64,000 nucleotides of DNA from positions 32,001-96,000 of the IMG/VR virus record IMGVR_UViG_3300041956_000050, one strand, 5' to 3'. Shown here piece by piece: positions 19,939 through 29,252 of this stretch; position 1 is the stretch's first letter, and every line of letters begins with the position of its first letter. The translations under genes were made by a program, and so were the position numbers. Origin of the DNA: a virus. Below the pieces are notes generated by a model. That model saw nothing but the letters and a program-made list of their open reading frames with translations, did no database searches and was not told where the DNA came from.

Positions 19939-20605
19939 CGGTAGGCTCCCGGCTAGTTCACTAGGGGCGATCCCTGGTGGTCGGCTGGAGAAGCATGCAG
20001 CCAATTCGTGGCTACGGCTGCGCGCATACATCGGCAAGAAGGCGAACGTCTGGATCTGTCCTACATCCAGCAGGACTGCTTACAGGACGTATGCAGAGCA
20101 GCAGTACTTCTGGAACCTCTACATCCATGGCCACGGCGCTCTCGCCGCACGGCCTGGCACGAGCAACCACGGCTGGGGCGTTGCTGTGGATGTTCCGCAA
20201 ACAGTGATGGCGGCACTGATCAACCGCTACGGTGCGGACTTCGGATGGCAGAAGCGCTGGAGTGATGCGCCGAGCGAGTGGTGGCACTTCAAGTACGCGC
20301 CGCAGTACGACAAGCACAAGGGCGAGAAGCCCGGTGGTGTCAAGCCCAAGCATCCGGCTCACTACCTGATGCGAGACGAGAAGCACTGGCGCGCGGTGCT
20401 TCGGCGCGAGCGCAGGCTGGCCAGAAAGGCTGGCGGCTGGGACAAGGTTGGTGATGATCATCGCACCATGGCCAAGCGCGCAAAGGCATGGCTGCGTCGG
20501 CGCATGACGCATATCAAGAAGGCTGCCAACTCCGAGAGTGGCGGCTGGAAGAAGCATCACCGCCGTGTCCGCTACAACTACATCAAGAAGGTTGTCGATG
20601 GCTGA
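19928..20605 (+). CDS. Endolysin, M15 (VanY-like) peptidase with a basic C-terminal tail
   Basis: AYRTYAEQ, AARPGTSNHGWGVAVD, EWWHF. Confidence 0.85.
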   Translation: MASNGRLPASSLGAIPGGRLEKHAANSWLRLRAYIGKKANVWICPTSSRTAYRTYAEQQYFWNLYIHGHGALAARPGTSNHGWGVAVDVPQTVMAALINRYGADFGWQKRWSDAPSEWWHFKYAPQYDKHKGEKPGGVKPKHPAHYLMRDEKHWRAVLRRERRLARKAGGWDKVGDDHRTMAKRAKAWLRRRMTHIKKAANSESGGWKKHHRRVRYNYIKKVVDG

Positions 20606-20930
20606 GAACGAAGTCACTGAGTCGCCGGTCATGCAGACCGAGGACCATCTGGAAGAAGCGGTCCCCACCACAGAGGTGACAACAACGGTGTCAGACATCC
20701 CGGTGGACTACGGGAACCCTGGCGTTGCCGACATCGCTGACCCGGCGTTCGATGACGTGGAGGACGAGGACGACATGCCTGGTCCCGGCGAGCCGAAGGA
20801 CGACGACGAAGAGATCGAGGACGACGAGGACGAGATGGACGAAGAAGAGGAGCCGGTCGTTCCGCCTGGCATCGAGGAGGGCCAGACGGCCGAGCCGGAT
20901 TCCGAGTACGACCACGACCCGCAAGACTGA
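20598..20930 (+). CDS. Highly acidic protein within the lysis cassette
   Basis: Overlap-coupled to both neighbours; D/E-rich. Confidence 0.6.
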   Translation: MAENEVTESPVMQTEDHLEEAVPTTEVTTTVSDIPVDYGNPGVADIADPAFDDVEDEDDMPGPGEPKDDDEEIEDDEDEMDEEEEPVVPPGIEEGQTAEPDSEYDHDPQD

Positions 20931-21670
20931 TGACTCTTCCTCTGACTCCGAACAAGACGATCCCGTCATCGCTCCGCAGGGGTGATATGGGATGGCCGGT
21001 GTATGGCCTCCAGACGGGCCTCGACAAGCTCGGCCATGACTTGACGTTCGATGGCGACTTTGGGCCTGCAACCGATCTGGCTGTGCGCAACTTCCAGATC
21101 AAGCAGAAGCTCACCGTCGATGGCATCGCCGGTATTACTACCCAAGCTCGGATCGTCACGCTGATCGATGCCAAGACTCACGACAATCACCCTAGGCTGC
21201 CAACCGGTCTGCTGCGTGGGTTTGCGGAGTCAGAGGGAGGCAACAACCTCGGCGCTGTCAACTGGTCTGTCAAGGGTGGCGTCGATTGCGGAGTTGTGCA
21301 AATCCGCTGCTATGGCCCGCCGTACAAGTCGGAGGAGATGTACGCCGCCTATCACCCCGGCGTGGCGATGGAGCGGGTGGCAGTCACGTTCCTGGCGCGG
21401 ACGCTCAGCTATAGCGAGATGAAATACGCCAAGAAGCATCCCATCGCTTTCTCACAGCGGTGTGCAGCCTTGTCATGGAACTGGCCCTTCGCAGCACAGG
21501 AGTACGCCGTGAATGGCGCGCTCCCCAACCCCAACAGGATTGCTGACTGGGCGGTCGGTATCAAGTTCCCCGATGGAACACCTGTCCGGACATGGAAAGA
21601 CTGGGCACAGTTTTACGCCATGGGAGGCCCACACGGCGAGGGCAGAGTCACTCGCTACGTCCGCTGGTGA
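20930..21670 (+). CDS. Peptidoglycan-binding protein, probable second lysin with a lysozyme-like C-domain
   Basis: LRRGDMG..DGDFGPATD..FQ..LTVDGIAG PG-binding repeat; AESEGG..DCGVVQI. Confidence 0.75.
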   Translation: MTLPLTPNKTIPSSLRRGDMGWPVYGLQTGLDKLGHDLTFDGDFGPATDLAVRNFQIKQKLTVDGIAGITTQARIVTLIDAKTHDNHPRLPTGLLRGFAESEGGNNLGAVNWSVKGGVDCGVVQIRCYGPPYKSEEMYAAYHPGVAMERVAVTFLARTLSYSEMKYAKKHPIAFSQRCAALSWNWPFAAQEYAVNGALPNPNRIADWAVGIKFPDGTPVRTWKDWAQFYAMGGPHGEGRVTRYVRW

Positions 21671-21681
21671 AAGGAGTATTG

Positions 21682-22080
21682 ATGGGAGGACTCACACAAG
21701 GAGAGCGCCCGGCGATCACGCCGCCACAGATCGTGGCGATGATCATCGCTGGCATTCCCCTTGCCGCGCAGTTCCTGCATGGTTTCGGGATCTACGATCT
21801 CTCGGCCGAGTCGCAGGAAGCCCTCAACAATGCTGTCACGTGGGCTGGTGTGTTTGCTGGCTCGCTGATCGGCGGCGATGCGGTGCTGAGGACAGGCCGC
21901 AATCTGCGCAAGGGCAAGGTCGAGGCTGTCCTGGCCGAAGGCGGCGAGGCTCACACGCTGGAGATCGTGCAGGACAGCATGCTCGTTCCGGCCAGCAAGC
22001 CGGTTGTCGCTACTGGCGGCACCCTCCAGGGCGGTGATCCGTCAACCAAGACCGGGTTCGAGGAGCCTCCGAAGCTATGA
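21682..22080 (+). CDS. Putative holin
   Basis: Two hydrophobic segments; follows the lysins; AAGGAG SD. Confidence 0.6.
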   Translation: MGGLTQGERPAITPPQIVAMIIAGIPLAAQFLHGFGIYDLSAESQEALNNAVTWAGVFAGSLIGGDAVLRTGRNLRKGKVEAVLAEGGEAHTLEIVQDSMLVPASKPVVATGGTLQGGDPSTKTGFEEPPKL

Positions 22081-22319
22081 CTCTGCGCGGGCACGAAGAT
22101 CTCAAGCCAAAGGCCATCGTCGGCTTCGACATGGGGTTCGCCCTGGTTGACTGCGGCGGTGAGGTGAAACGCTACCGGCTCGCTGTCGGGGCCATGGGCA
22201 ACCTGATGGCAGCGCCGGTCGATGAGGCGGCGCTGAATGGAGTCGATCAGCTAGGATCACTGACCGATCCCGGTCTTCGTGCCCCGCGTAGGCACACCAC
22301 AGTAGACCAACGGATGTAA
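22077..22319 (+). CDS. Hypothetical protein
   Basis: ATGA coupling. Confidence 0.5.
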   Translation: MTLRGHEDLKPKAIVGFDMGFALVDCGGEVKRYRLAVGAMGNLMAAPVDEAALNGVDQLGSLTDPGLRAPRRHTTVDQRM

Positions 22320-22328
22320 GGAGTATTG

Positions 22329-22631
22329 ATGGCAGATAACCACCCACGGCTGGTGCAGAACTCGAAGGGAGTGCGTTGTCAGCGCTGCACCGGCATTCAT
22401 GAATACCTGACACGCCTCAGTGACGACACCCGAGACTGCTCCACCCCAGTCGCCTTCGGTCCAGACAAGGCGCTCAAGATGGCAACCCTACTCGCCAACG
22501 GCGCTGAAGATGTGGTTCGTATTCCTGATGACACTATTGTCGTTATGGATGACAGCGCTCGTCGGCTGCCACGGTCAGGCACAGGGACCATCCGGCTCGC
22601 ACAGTTCACCACCGTCACACGTTCAGCGTGA
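22329..22631 (+). CDS. Hypothetical protein
   Basis: AAGGAG SD. Confidence 0.55.
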   Translation: MADNHPRLVQNSKGVRCQRCTGIHEYLTRLSDDTRDCSTPVAFGPDKALKMATLLANGAEDVVRIPDDTIVVMDDSARRLPRSGTGTIRLAQFTTVTRSA

Positions 22632-22754
22632 GCACTGAAGCAGGTGGATGATGTCGTTATTCTTTTCGTCTGCCTGCTGTGTCTCTTCCTCATCGCCATC
22701 GTCTGGATTATCACGGCGCTGCCTGGGATCTAGCTAGTCGGGTATGATCGCGTC

Positions 22755-23297
22755 ATGAGCTTCCTATCTGACCGCGATCTGATGGTGCTCGGGCCGACGC
22801 TCGTGACGCCGTTCGATCCTGAATGCGTAGGTCCGGCGAGCATCGACCTCCATCTGTCCGAGGAGTTCGCGGTGCCGGACATGAACGCACGGCTGGCCTA
22901 CATCGATCTCGATGGCCCTGCCTCCTTCACCCGTCCTATCGTGCGGGCGTCGGCTGAGGACGGCTTCGTCTTGCACCCCGGCGAGTTCGTGCTCGGCGTC
23001 ACCGTTGAACAGGTCAGCCTTCCCGACAACATCGTTGGCAGGATCGAGGGCAAGTCATCGCTCGGGCGGCTCGGCCTGATGGTTCACATCACGTCGGGCT
23101 TCATCGATCCCGGCTTCAAGGGCTGCCTGACGCTACAGATGACAAACGTCCTGCGCATCCCCATCGTGCTGCGACCTGGCAAGCGCATCTGCCAGGCGGT
23201 GTTCGCCTACCTCACCAATCCTGCCATGAATCCTTATGACAAGGGTCGTGTCTACAACTCCGAAAGTGTTGTTCCCTCGAAGGGTGTGACGGCATGA
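22755..23297 (+). CDS. dcd: dCTP deaminase/dUTPase family protein (catalytic Glu replaced by Gln)
   Basis: LSDRD, PASIDL, FVLHPGEFVLG, EGKSSLGRLGL, FIDPGFKG, RICQ. Confidence 0.88.
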   Translation: MSFLSDRDLMVLGPTLVTPFDPECVGPASIDLHLSEEFAVPDMNARLAYIDLDGPASFTRPIVRASAEDGFVLHPGEFVLGVTVEQVSLPDNIVGRIEGKSSLGRLGLMVHITSGFIDPGFKGCLTLQMTNVLRIPIVLRPGKRICQAVFAYLTNPAMNPYDKGRVYNSESVVPSKGVTA

Positions 23298-23506
23298 TCT
23301 ACTGCGGGAAGTGCGCAAACTCGCGCAACTACCCCACGTCGTCAATGCGGACAAGTCGTGGCTCGTGTGAGATCTGCGGTGGCTTCGATCAGATCCAAGT
23401 CAAGAGTCGCGACGGAATCTCGACCCGCAACCTGCCGAATTTCTCCTACCCCGACAACCTGTTGCCGTCAATGGTCGAGACAGAATCGGAGGAAGAAGTT
23501 GGCTAG
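23294..23506 (+). CDS. Small zinc-finger protein
   Basis: CGKC..CEICG; ATGA coupling. Confidence 0.55.
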   Translation: MIYCGKCANSRNYPTSSMRTSRGSCEICGGFDQIQVKSRDGISTRNLPNFSYPDNLLPSMVETESEEEVG

Positions 23507-23697
23507 GGTCCTCGTCACTTACTCCAAGCCGGTGCCAGGCTGGCGGGATCTCGACTGCTCGGAGCCGTTCCTTGAGCGCGGCACGACGTTCTCGTTCTAC
23601 GGCGCGGTGCCGGAGCTAGGCATCGAGGAAGTCAAGTGTGACGACATTCCTGTCGAGCACGCCTACATCAAGGATGAGGTGCTGTACGTGGAGGGGT

Positions 23698-24102
23698 ATG
23701 CCAACTTCGGGTGAGATCGGGCGGGGCCTGGAGGAACGGATCGCGAAAGCGCTCGGTGGCACGTTCGTCAAGCAATCCGGTGGCGGCAGGTTCGAGAAAC
23801 TCGATGTCAAGGATGCTGCCAAGTTCGTGTACTTCGCCAGAGCGACGACCCGGATGAGCGATGCCGGGTTTCGTGCGCTGTGGAAGATGTGGTCAGAGAC
23901 GATCCGTGGCACGCGGGGACCGGCTGGCCACGGCAACGATGCGAAACCGGCGATGGTGTTCGAGATGAACGGTGAACTGCTAGTGACAATGCGCTTGGCA
24001 GATCACGTGGCGTTGGCGACTGAGGAGATTGCCCCCTACGTCCAGACAACCAAGGCCCAAGAGCGAAGGGCGCGGGCATTACAGAATCCGAGGGAACGCT
24101 GA
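23698..24102 (+). CDS. Hjc-like PD-(D/E)xK resolvase-fold protein, degenerate
   Basis: GRGLEERIAK..SGGG..KLDV; the ExK position reads FAR. Confidence 0.5.
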   Translation: MPTSGEIGRGLEERIAKALGGTFVKQSGGGRFEKLDVKDAAKFVYFARATTRMSDAGFRALWKMWSETIRGTRGPAGHGNDAKPAMVFEMNGELLVTMRLADHVALATEEIAPYVQTTKAQERRARALQNPRER

Positions 24103-24425
24103 TGCGCGCATTCATCACGATCAACCTCAAGAAATCCACGAACGACAAGCCGGAGAGTCCAGTGCGGAGCATCGAGCTTCCGTACCTGACAAAGAATGGA
24201 TTGCCTGTCTTCACCCTTGACACAGAGGAACCGTTCTTCATTGGCACCGATTTCATCCAGATCGATGCGGTTCCCGGCATGATCGGTATCGCTCAGAAGG
24301 GTGACCAGATCTACTGTGTTGACAGCCATGAGGAGGTGCAGGCTCTCCCCCTCCGCATCATCACACAGAAGCAGTACGAACGCTTCCAGCACCTCGAAGA
24401 GTCGTTCGTGAAGGAGACGGTCTAA
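24102..24425 (+). CDS. Hypothetical protein
   Basis: TGATG coupling. Confidence 0.55.
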   Translation: MRAFITINLKKSTNDKPESPVRSIELPYLTKNGLPVFTLDTEEPFFIGTDFIQIDAVPGMIGIAQKGDQIYCVDSHEEVQALPLRIITQKQYERFQHLEESFVKETV

Positions 24426-24426
24426 A

Positions 24427-24717
24427 ATGCCCAGGCGTAAGCGAAAGTCAACATCATCGTCAAGGAGGAGAAAGCGCGGGACGCCGAGGCCGAAGAAGCG
24501 CTCGACGGCCAAGGGCGTGAAGAAGCTCAAGGCGAGCAGCTTCGCGTATCCGAAGACCCGCAAGTACCCGATCAACACCAAGAAGCGCGCTCGTGCGGCG
24601 CTGGCTTACGCGGCACGCAGCGACACCGCTGGCAGCTACTCACATGTCGCCAAAGCTGTCAGAAAGAAGTACCCCGGCATCAAGATCGGCGGAAAGAAGA
24701 AGACAAGGAGGAAGTAA
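24427..24717 (+). CDS. Small K/R-rich protein (DUF6582-like FAYP..RKYPI motif)
   Basis: FAYPKTRKYPINTKKRARAALAY. Confidence 0.65.
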   Translation: MPRRKRKSTSSSRRRKRGTPRPKKRSTAKGVKKLKASSFAYPKTRKYPINTKKRARAALAYAARSDTAGSYSHVAKAVRKKYPGIKIGGKKKTRRK

Positions 24718-24720
24718 GCA

Positions 24721-24876
24721 GTGCCGACAAAGAAGCCACTCCACCCCAAGCTGCGCGAGAACTCCGAGCGCCTCAAGCGCGGAGAACCACTGCACAGCAA
24801 GCGCAACGCGCCCACATCGGCCGGTGCCCCTCCGGCGCGGCCGAAGATCCGTTCAGCCAAGGCCAGAAAGGGGTAG
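24721..24876 (+). CDS. Small basic protein (51 aa)
   Basis: GTG start directly after the previous stop, AGGAGG upstream; translated by eye. Confidence 0.45.
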   Translation: MPTKKPLHPKLRENSERLKRGEPLHSKRNAPTSAGAPPARPKIRSAKARKG

Positions 24877-24880
24877 AGAC

Positions 24881-25042
24881 ATGCCTGGTGCCGCGAGCAA
24901 GATGCGCAGCCACCTGTCAAGGCAGGGCAAGAAGGGCAATCGCAAGATGAAGAAGAACTCCAGCCGCAAGCAGAACGCTGCCAACAGTCGTGTCGGCGGC
25001 TATGCCGGGGCGAACTTCAGCAACGACATTGGCCGTCGCTAG
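24881..25042 (+). CDS. Small basic protein (53 aa)
   Basis: ATG with GAAAGGG SD. Confidence 0.5.
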   Translation: MPGAASKMRSHLSRQGKKGNRKMKKNSSRKQNAANSRVGGYAGANFSNDIGRR

Positions 25043-25300
25043 ATGGACGACGCCGACCTTGAGCGAATTACGCGCATCGCCAAGGGCGGGCTTGAGAGCG
25101 CGAGAGAGGAGCCGGACGAAGACGAGCACGATCTGCACCTAGATACTTTCGCCATTGTTGGCGTGTGGGCCTGGAAAGACGATGAGGGCAATGACTGTGA
25201 GGGGTACAGCATCTGGTCTGAAACGCGCCGGACCCACGTACAGGCAGGAATCCTCGTCGCTGGCTTGCAGCGCTTGTCAGAGGGCGGGGGAAAGAACTAA
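25043..25300 (+). CDS. Hypothetical protein
   Basis: Abuts the previous stop codon. Confidence 0.55.
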   Translation: MDDADLERITRIAKGGLESAREEPDEDEHDLHLDTFAIVGVWAWKDDEGNDCEGYSIWSETRRTHVQAGILVAGLQRLSEGGGKN

Positions 25301-25322
25301 CAACAATCACGACAGGAGCATC

Positions 25323-25562
25323 ATGGGAGACGAGGAGAAGGACGAGGGCCAGGAGCAGGAGCAGGGACCGATCCGCGAAGGTTCCGATCAGGTCGCGGGC
25401 GACCCGCGTGGCAACGCCATCGAGGGTGGCGCTGCCCCGAGCATCGGCGGCGGTGTCGCGAGCAGCGGCACGCCTGCCGGAGAGGACGTTCCCGAGCCTG
25501 GTGAGGGCCAGGGACCAGGGCAGGGTGAGGGTGCCCGAGAGGGCAAGTCCTCGCAGGAGTAG
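25323..25562 (+). CDS. Small acidic Gly-rich protein
   Basis: AGGAG SD. Confidence 0.55.
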   Translation: MGDEEKDEGQEQEQGPIREGSDQVAGDPRGNAIEGGAAPSIGGGVASSGTPAGEDVPEPGEGQGPGQGEGAREGKSSQE

Positions 25563-25574
25563 CGACACCGGCCC

Positions 25575-25931
25575 ATGGCTGAGATCGTCATACGCATACC
25601 AATCGAGATCCCCGAACTGGAGGTACTGATGGCACAGATCGATGACGTTGCCGCACAGGTCCAGCAACTGACCGAGGCGGTGCGTGGCTTCATGAACAGG
25701 CAGGCCGACATCATCGGCCAACTCAACGCCGAACTGTCAGCACTGAAGGCTGACGACGACGTGGAGAACTCCAAGCTGGAGGGCCTGTCCGGCGTCATCC
25801 AGAGCCTCACTGACGAGGTGAACAGGTTCGGCCAGAACACCGAGGTGCCGGTCGATCCCGCCGATCCGGGAGGCGAGGTGGAGCCGATCCAGCCGGACCC
25901 GGTGCCCGAGCCGGAAGAACCGGCCGAGTAG
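25575..25931 (+). CDS. Coiled-coil protein with an acidic Pro-rich tail
   Basis: Heptad pattern; good codon usage. Confidence 0.6.
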   Translation: MAEIVIRIPIEIPELEVLMAQIDDVAAQVQQLTEAVRGFMNRQADIIGQLNAELSALKADDDVENSKLEGLSGVIQSLTDEVNRFGQNTEVPVDPADPGGEVEPIQPDPVPEPEEPAE

Positions 25932-25965
25932 AACTGTCAACACTCAGGACCAAGGAGGGATAGAA

Positions 25966-26772
25966 GTGCTACGGCCTCTCGCAGCCACGGCGCTGATCGC
26001 GCTATCGGTGCCGCTGGCTGCGTATGCCGGTGGAGGGACGACATCGGAACACAAGGTGGCGATCTGTCACAAGGGCATGACGCTCTCCGTGGACAAGAGC
26101 GCGGTTCAAGCGCATCTCAACCATGGTGACACGTTGGGTCCGTGTGAGTGCCCGAAGTTCAAGCACAAGCATTCGTCGCATCACCACGGCAAGCGCGTTC
26201 ATGGCCATGGGCACCGCAAGCACCACAAGCCGCATTGCCCGAAGCCACACCCGACGCCAACACCGACTCCGACACCAACGTCAACACCGACGGCAACTCC
26301 AACGGCAACACCCACAGCAACACCGACGGCAACGCCAACAGTGACGCCAACTCCGACACCGACGCCAGTGGTTGGGCCTCCCGGACCCCCTGGTCCGCCT
26401 GGCCCTCCGGGACCGCCTGGACCTCCCGGCCCGCCTGGTCCTCCTGGCAAGGATGCACCCGTCTCATGCCCGAAGGGAAGCATTCGAGTCGCCAAGTGGC
26501 GCGTTGTTGTCAATCGTGGTCACAGAGTGACCTCGTTCAAGGCGACGTTCAACGGTGAGAAGGCCCAAGTCAAGCGCACACGCACCAAGAGCGGTCGTCG
26601 GATGTTCGTCATCCGTATTGACATGCGCGGACTGACGAAGGGCATCTACAACGCGCGCATCCGTTACAAGTTCGCCGGAGAGACGCGCAAGTTCCCGCAC
26701 AGCAAGGTCCATCTGTACCGGGCCTGCGGTGGCAAGGACTCGCTCAACGAGAAGTCCATCATCACCATCTAG
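25966..26772 (+). CDS. Secreted protein with His-rich, (PT)n and collagen (GPP)8 segments
   Basis: Signal peptide; KVAICHK..AHLNHGDTLGPC; AAGGAGG SD. Confidence 0.8.
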   Translation: MLRPLAATALIALSVPLAAYAGGGTTSEHKVAICHKGMTLSVDKSAVQAHLNHGDTLGPCECPKFKHKHSSHHHGKRVHGHGHRKHHKPHCPKPHPTPTPTPTPTSTPTATPTATPTATPTATPTVTPTPTPTPVVGPPGPPGPPGPPGPPGPPGPPGPPGKDAPVSCPKGSIRVAKWRVVVNRGHRVTSFKATFNGEKAQVKRTRTKSGRRMFVIRIDMRGLTKGIYNARIRYKFAGETRKFPHSKVHLYRACGGKDSLNEKSIITI

Positions 26773-26786
26773 GAAGGAGTAGTGAC

Positions 26787-27050
26787 ATGGCCGGACTCAC
26801 TGTCAAGCAGACGCCGCTCAAGAAGGCAGGCGGTTACACAACCACGACGCCGACGCTCTCGCCGGGAGCGGGGCACCTCAAGCCGTTCGGCGGCGGTGTG
26901 CCCGACAGGCGTCCGGCCAGCCACGCGGTGGCCTCCCCCTACCACCGTGGGCGCAAGGGCCGCAACAAGGACACGGAGGCGCTGCTCAAGAACGTCCCGC
27001 GCACCGTCGTGACCGACGCCGCCCCGCCGCCCCCGGAGGAAGAGGAGTAG
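26787..27050 (+). CDS. Hypothetical basic protein
   Basis: AAGGAG SD. Confidence 0.6.
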   Translation: MAGLTVKQTPLKKAGGYTTTTPTLSPGAGHLKPFGGGVPDRRPASHAVASPYHRGRKGRNKDTEALLKNVPRTVVTDAAPPPPEEEE

Positions 27051-27060
27051 CAGTTGTCAT

Positions 27061-27109
27061 GTAGCTGACCAGGCGGATCGAGTTAGCGCAAGATCCGCCT
27101 GGCGGCTGC
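27061..27109. terminator. Hairpin at the convergence of the + and - gene blocks
   Basis: CCAGGCGGATC (27069-27079) / GATCCGCCTGG (27092-27102). Confidence 0.6.
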
Positions 27110-27437
27110 GTTCTGGCTCTCCAGCGTTATGGAGAGCGCTCGCGCCCGGAGCGGAGCATGGACGGTGACCCGTCTGCTCCGGGCATTCTCAGTCGCAACA
27201 CGACTGCACTGTTGTCATGCAGCGTGGACACGTCCAGTGTCCGTGGATGCGGATCAGCGTCACGTGGTGTAAACATGCAGGACACTTCGTCACGTCTTCC
27301 CCCTGCCATTCCCTCTCGCATGGACATTCCGGGTCGATCTCTCCCAAGATGCAGGCCCTGGTGTGCGTGTAAACAGTAGCGCCCGAAGCAGAAGGAGAGG
27401 GGAAGGGATTCTGCTCCGGGCGCACCGTTAGAGGGTA

Positions 27438-28058
27438 CTACTTGCTGCGCATCTTGACGCGCCCGGTGCTGCGGCGCGTCGAAGCGGCGGGCTTGCTGGC
27501 CGCGCCACGGCGGGTGCCGGTCGAGCGCGTGCCCCGCGTCGAGGGGCGGGTCGTCGCCTTCGCGCCGGACGCGCGCTTGGCGGGAGCCTTCTTGGTAGCA
27601 GTCTTGCCGTTGCCGCTGGTCACGCCCTCGCGCTCCGCGAACTCGCCCATCTTGTAGAGCCACTGGCGGGAGATGCCGGACTCGTCGGCCACCTTCGCCA
27701 TCGAGACGCCTTCTGCGATGGCCTCACGCGCGGCGTCGTGGAGAGCGTTGATCGACTCCTTGTGCTCGATCTCGGCCTTCGTGCGGCGCTCACCCGCCTT
27801 GGCGACGGCCTTGAGCAGACGCGCCTCGGTGCGAGGATCGACGCCCTTGCTCGCACGCCGGACGGGACCGTCGCCGTTGCCATTGGTCTTGGCAGCAGCA
27901 GCGGGCTTGCTGCGGGCAGGAGCACGCTTGGTAGGAGCGGTGCCCTTGCGGGTCGTGGCCTTGCGTCCAGCGGGCTTGGTGCTGCGGGTGCTACCGCGCT
28001 TGGCGGGAGCGGGCTTGTCCTCGGTCTTGGTGCCTCGGACCTTGATCTTGACTGGCAT
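27438..28058 (-). CDS. HTH protein with K/R/A/T-rich histone-like tails
   Basis: GVSMAKVADESGISRQWLYK; AGGAGG SD. Confidence 0.75.
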   Translation of the reverse strand: MPVKIKVRGTKTEDKPAPAKRGSTRSTKPAGRKATTRKGTAPTKRAPARSKPAAAAKTNGNGDGPVRRASKGVDPRTEARLLKAVAKAGERRTKAEIEHKESINALHDAAREAIAEGVSMAKVADESGISRQWLYKMGEFAEREGVTSGNGKTATKKAPAKRASGAKATTRPSTRGTRSTGTRRGAASKPAASTRRSTGRVKMRSK

Positions 28059-28277
28059 GTTGTTTGACCTCCTGGGTCGGGTTGTTGTGCTTGTTGCCGT
28101 CATGATAGCAGACGGCAAGAGGGTTGTCGGCAGGAATGCTGCCGGACTTGAGCTAGAAGGCGATGATGATCGCGAGTACGATCAGAATCAGCGGGAACAC
28201 CTGGATTTTGCTCAAGGCGTGATCCCTTTGCTCCTTGCGCTTCTTTCCTGCCAGGTACTCCTTGTATTCCTCGGTCG

Positions 28278-28820
28278 TCATTCGTCGCCTTCCTTGTCGT
28301 CGATGTTGTCGTTCTTCTTCTCGCGCTTCTTACGGCGCGCTTCCTTCTCGGCCTCCTCCTGCATGCGAAGCTTCTCGTCATGCGTGGGGATGCCGCGTGC
28401 CTTCATCTCGATCTCGACTCGGGCGATCAGGTTGCTAGCCATCTCGACCTGGCCGATATGCGTACCGAGCGCGAGAGCCACCCACGCCGGTTCCTTCATG
28501 TACCCGCTGCGCCCTTCCACGTCGTGCATCCACGAGCCGTAGCGGTTGTGCATCGTGTACGTGATGTCGTTGTTGCTGACATCGATCATCCAGTAGCCGT
28601 TCTCCTGCACCACGTTGCCGTAGCGCAGACCCCCGACCGTGAAGTCGCGGGTGGCACTCTGCTTAGCGAGCTTGCGAGCCTTGATCCCGGCAAGGCTGTT
28701 GTCGGGAGGCTCAGGCGCGAGCACGATCACCTGCGCTTGCTTGCGTGCGCGAAGTTCGGCAAGCGTCTTGGGCTTGCTGCGTTCCCGCCGACGCTTGTCG
28801 CGCACATCCCGCAATCCCAT
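28278..28820 (-). CDS. Hypothetical protein
   Basis: ORF in operon. Confidence 0.6.
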   Translation of the reverse strand: MGLRDVRDKRRRERSKPKTLAELRARKQAQVIVLAPEPPDNSLAGIKARKLAKQSATRDFTVGGLRYGNVVQENGYWMIDVSNNDITYTMHNRYGSWMHDVEGRSGYMKEPAWVALALGTHIGQVEMASNLIARVEIEMKARGIPTHDEKLRMQEEAEKEARRKKREKKNDNIDDKEGDE

Positions 28821-28823
28821 CTG

Positions 28824-29252
28824 TCATCCCTTCTGGTAGTAGCCGTAAACACACCTGCTACCGTCACGGCTTGGGTTGTGCATGTCATGTATGACGCCAT
28901 CGATCACGGCTGTCACGTGCTTGCTTACGGCGACGACCAACCGGCCACCCGGTAGCTCGTCCTCGCGCAGATGCACGGTGCAGCCCTGGCCGATCTGCAT
29001 CGTCGGCGTCCACACCCAGCCGAGATCGATCAGGTACGGCTCGTAGACGTTGCGGAACACACCGCTGCGGGCGCTCCTGACACCGCGTGTGCGATGCTTG
29101 CCACGGCTGAGCTTCATGCCGAGCGCGAGCGCTTCGTAGACATCCCCATATGGGACGCCAGTGGCAATGGCAATGCTGCGCGTCACGCAGTCGCCAGCAG
29201 TGCCGACATAGCCAGCGTCGGCGCGGCCACCGTCGTCCTGCACGAACTTCAT
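28824..29252 (-). CDS. Conserved phage protein, possibly a papain-like (C39) fold
   Basis: GDCVTRSIAIATG..KHVTAVIDG (Cys-His-Asp). Confidence 0.55.
   Translation of the reverse strand: MKFVQDDGGRADAGYVGTAGDCVTRSIAIATGVPYGDVYEALALGMKLSRGKHRTRGVRSARSGVFRNVYEPYLIDLGWVWTPTMQIGQGCTVHLREDELPGGRLVVAVSKHVTAVIDGVIHDMHNPSRDGSRCVYGYYQKG

Noticed and set aside
26250-26447. Tandem DNA repeats as a mobile or regulatory array
   Set aside because: Explained by PT and GPP coding repeats with synonymous variation.
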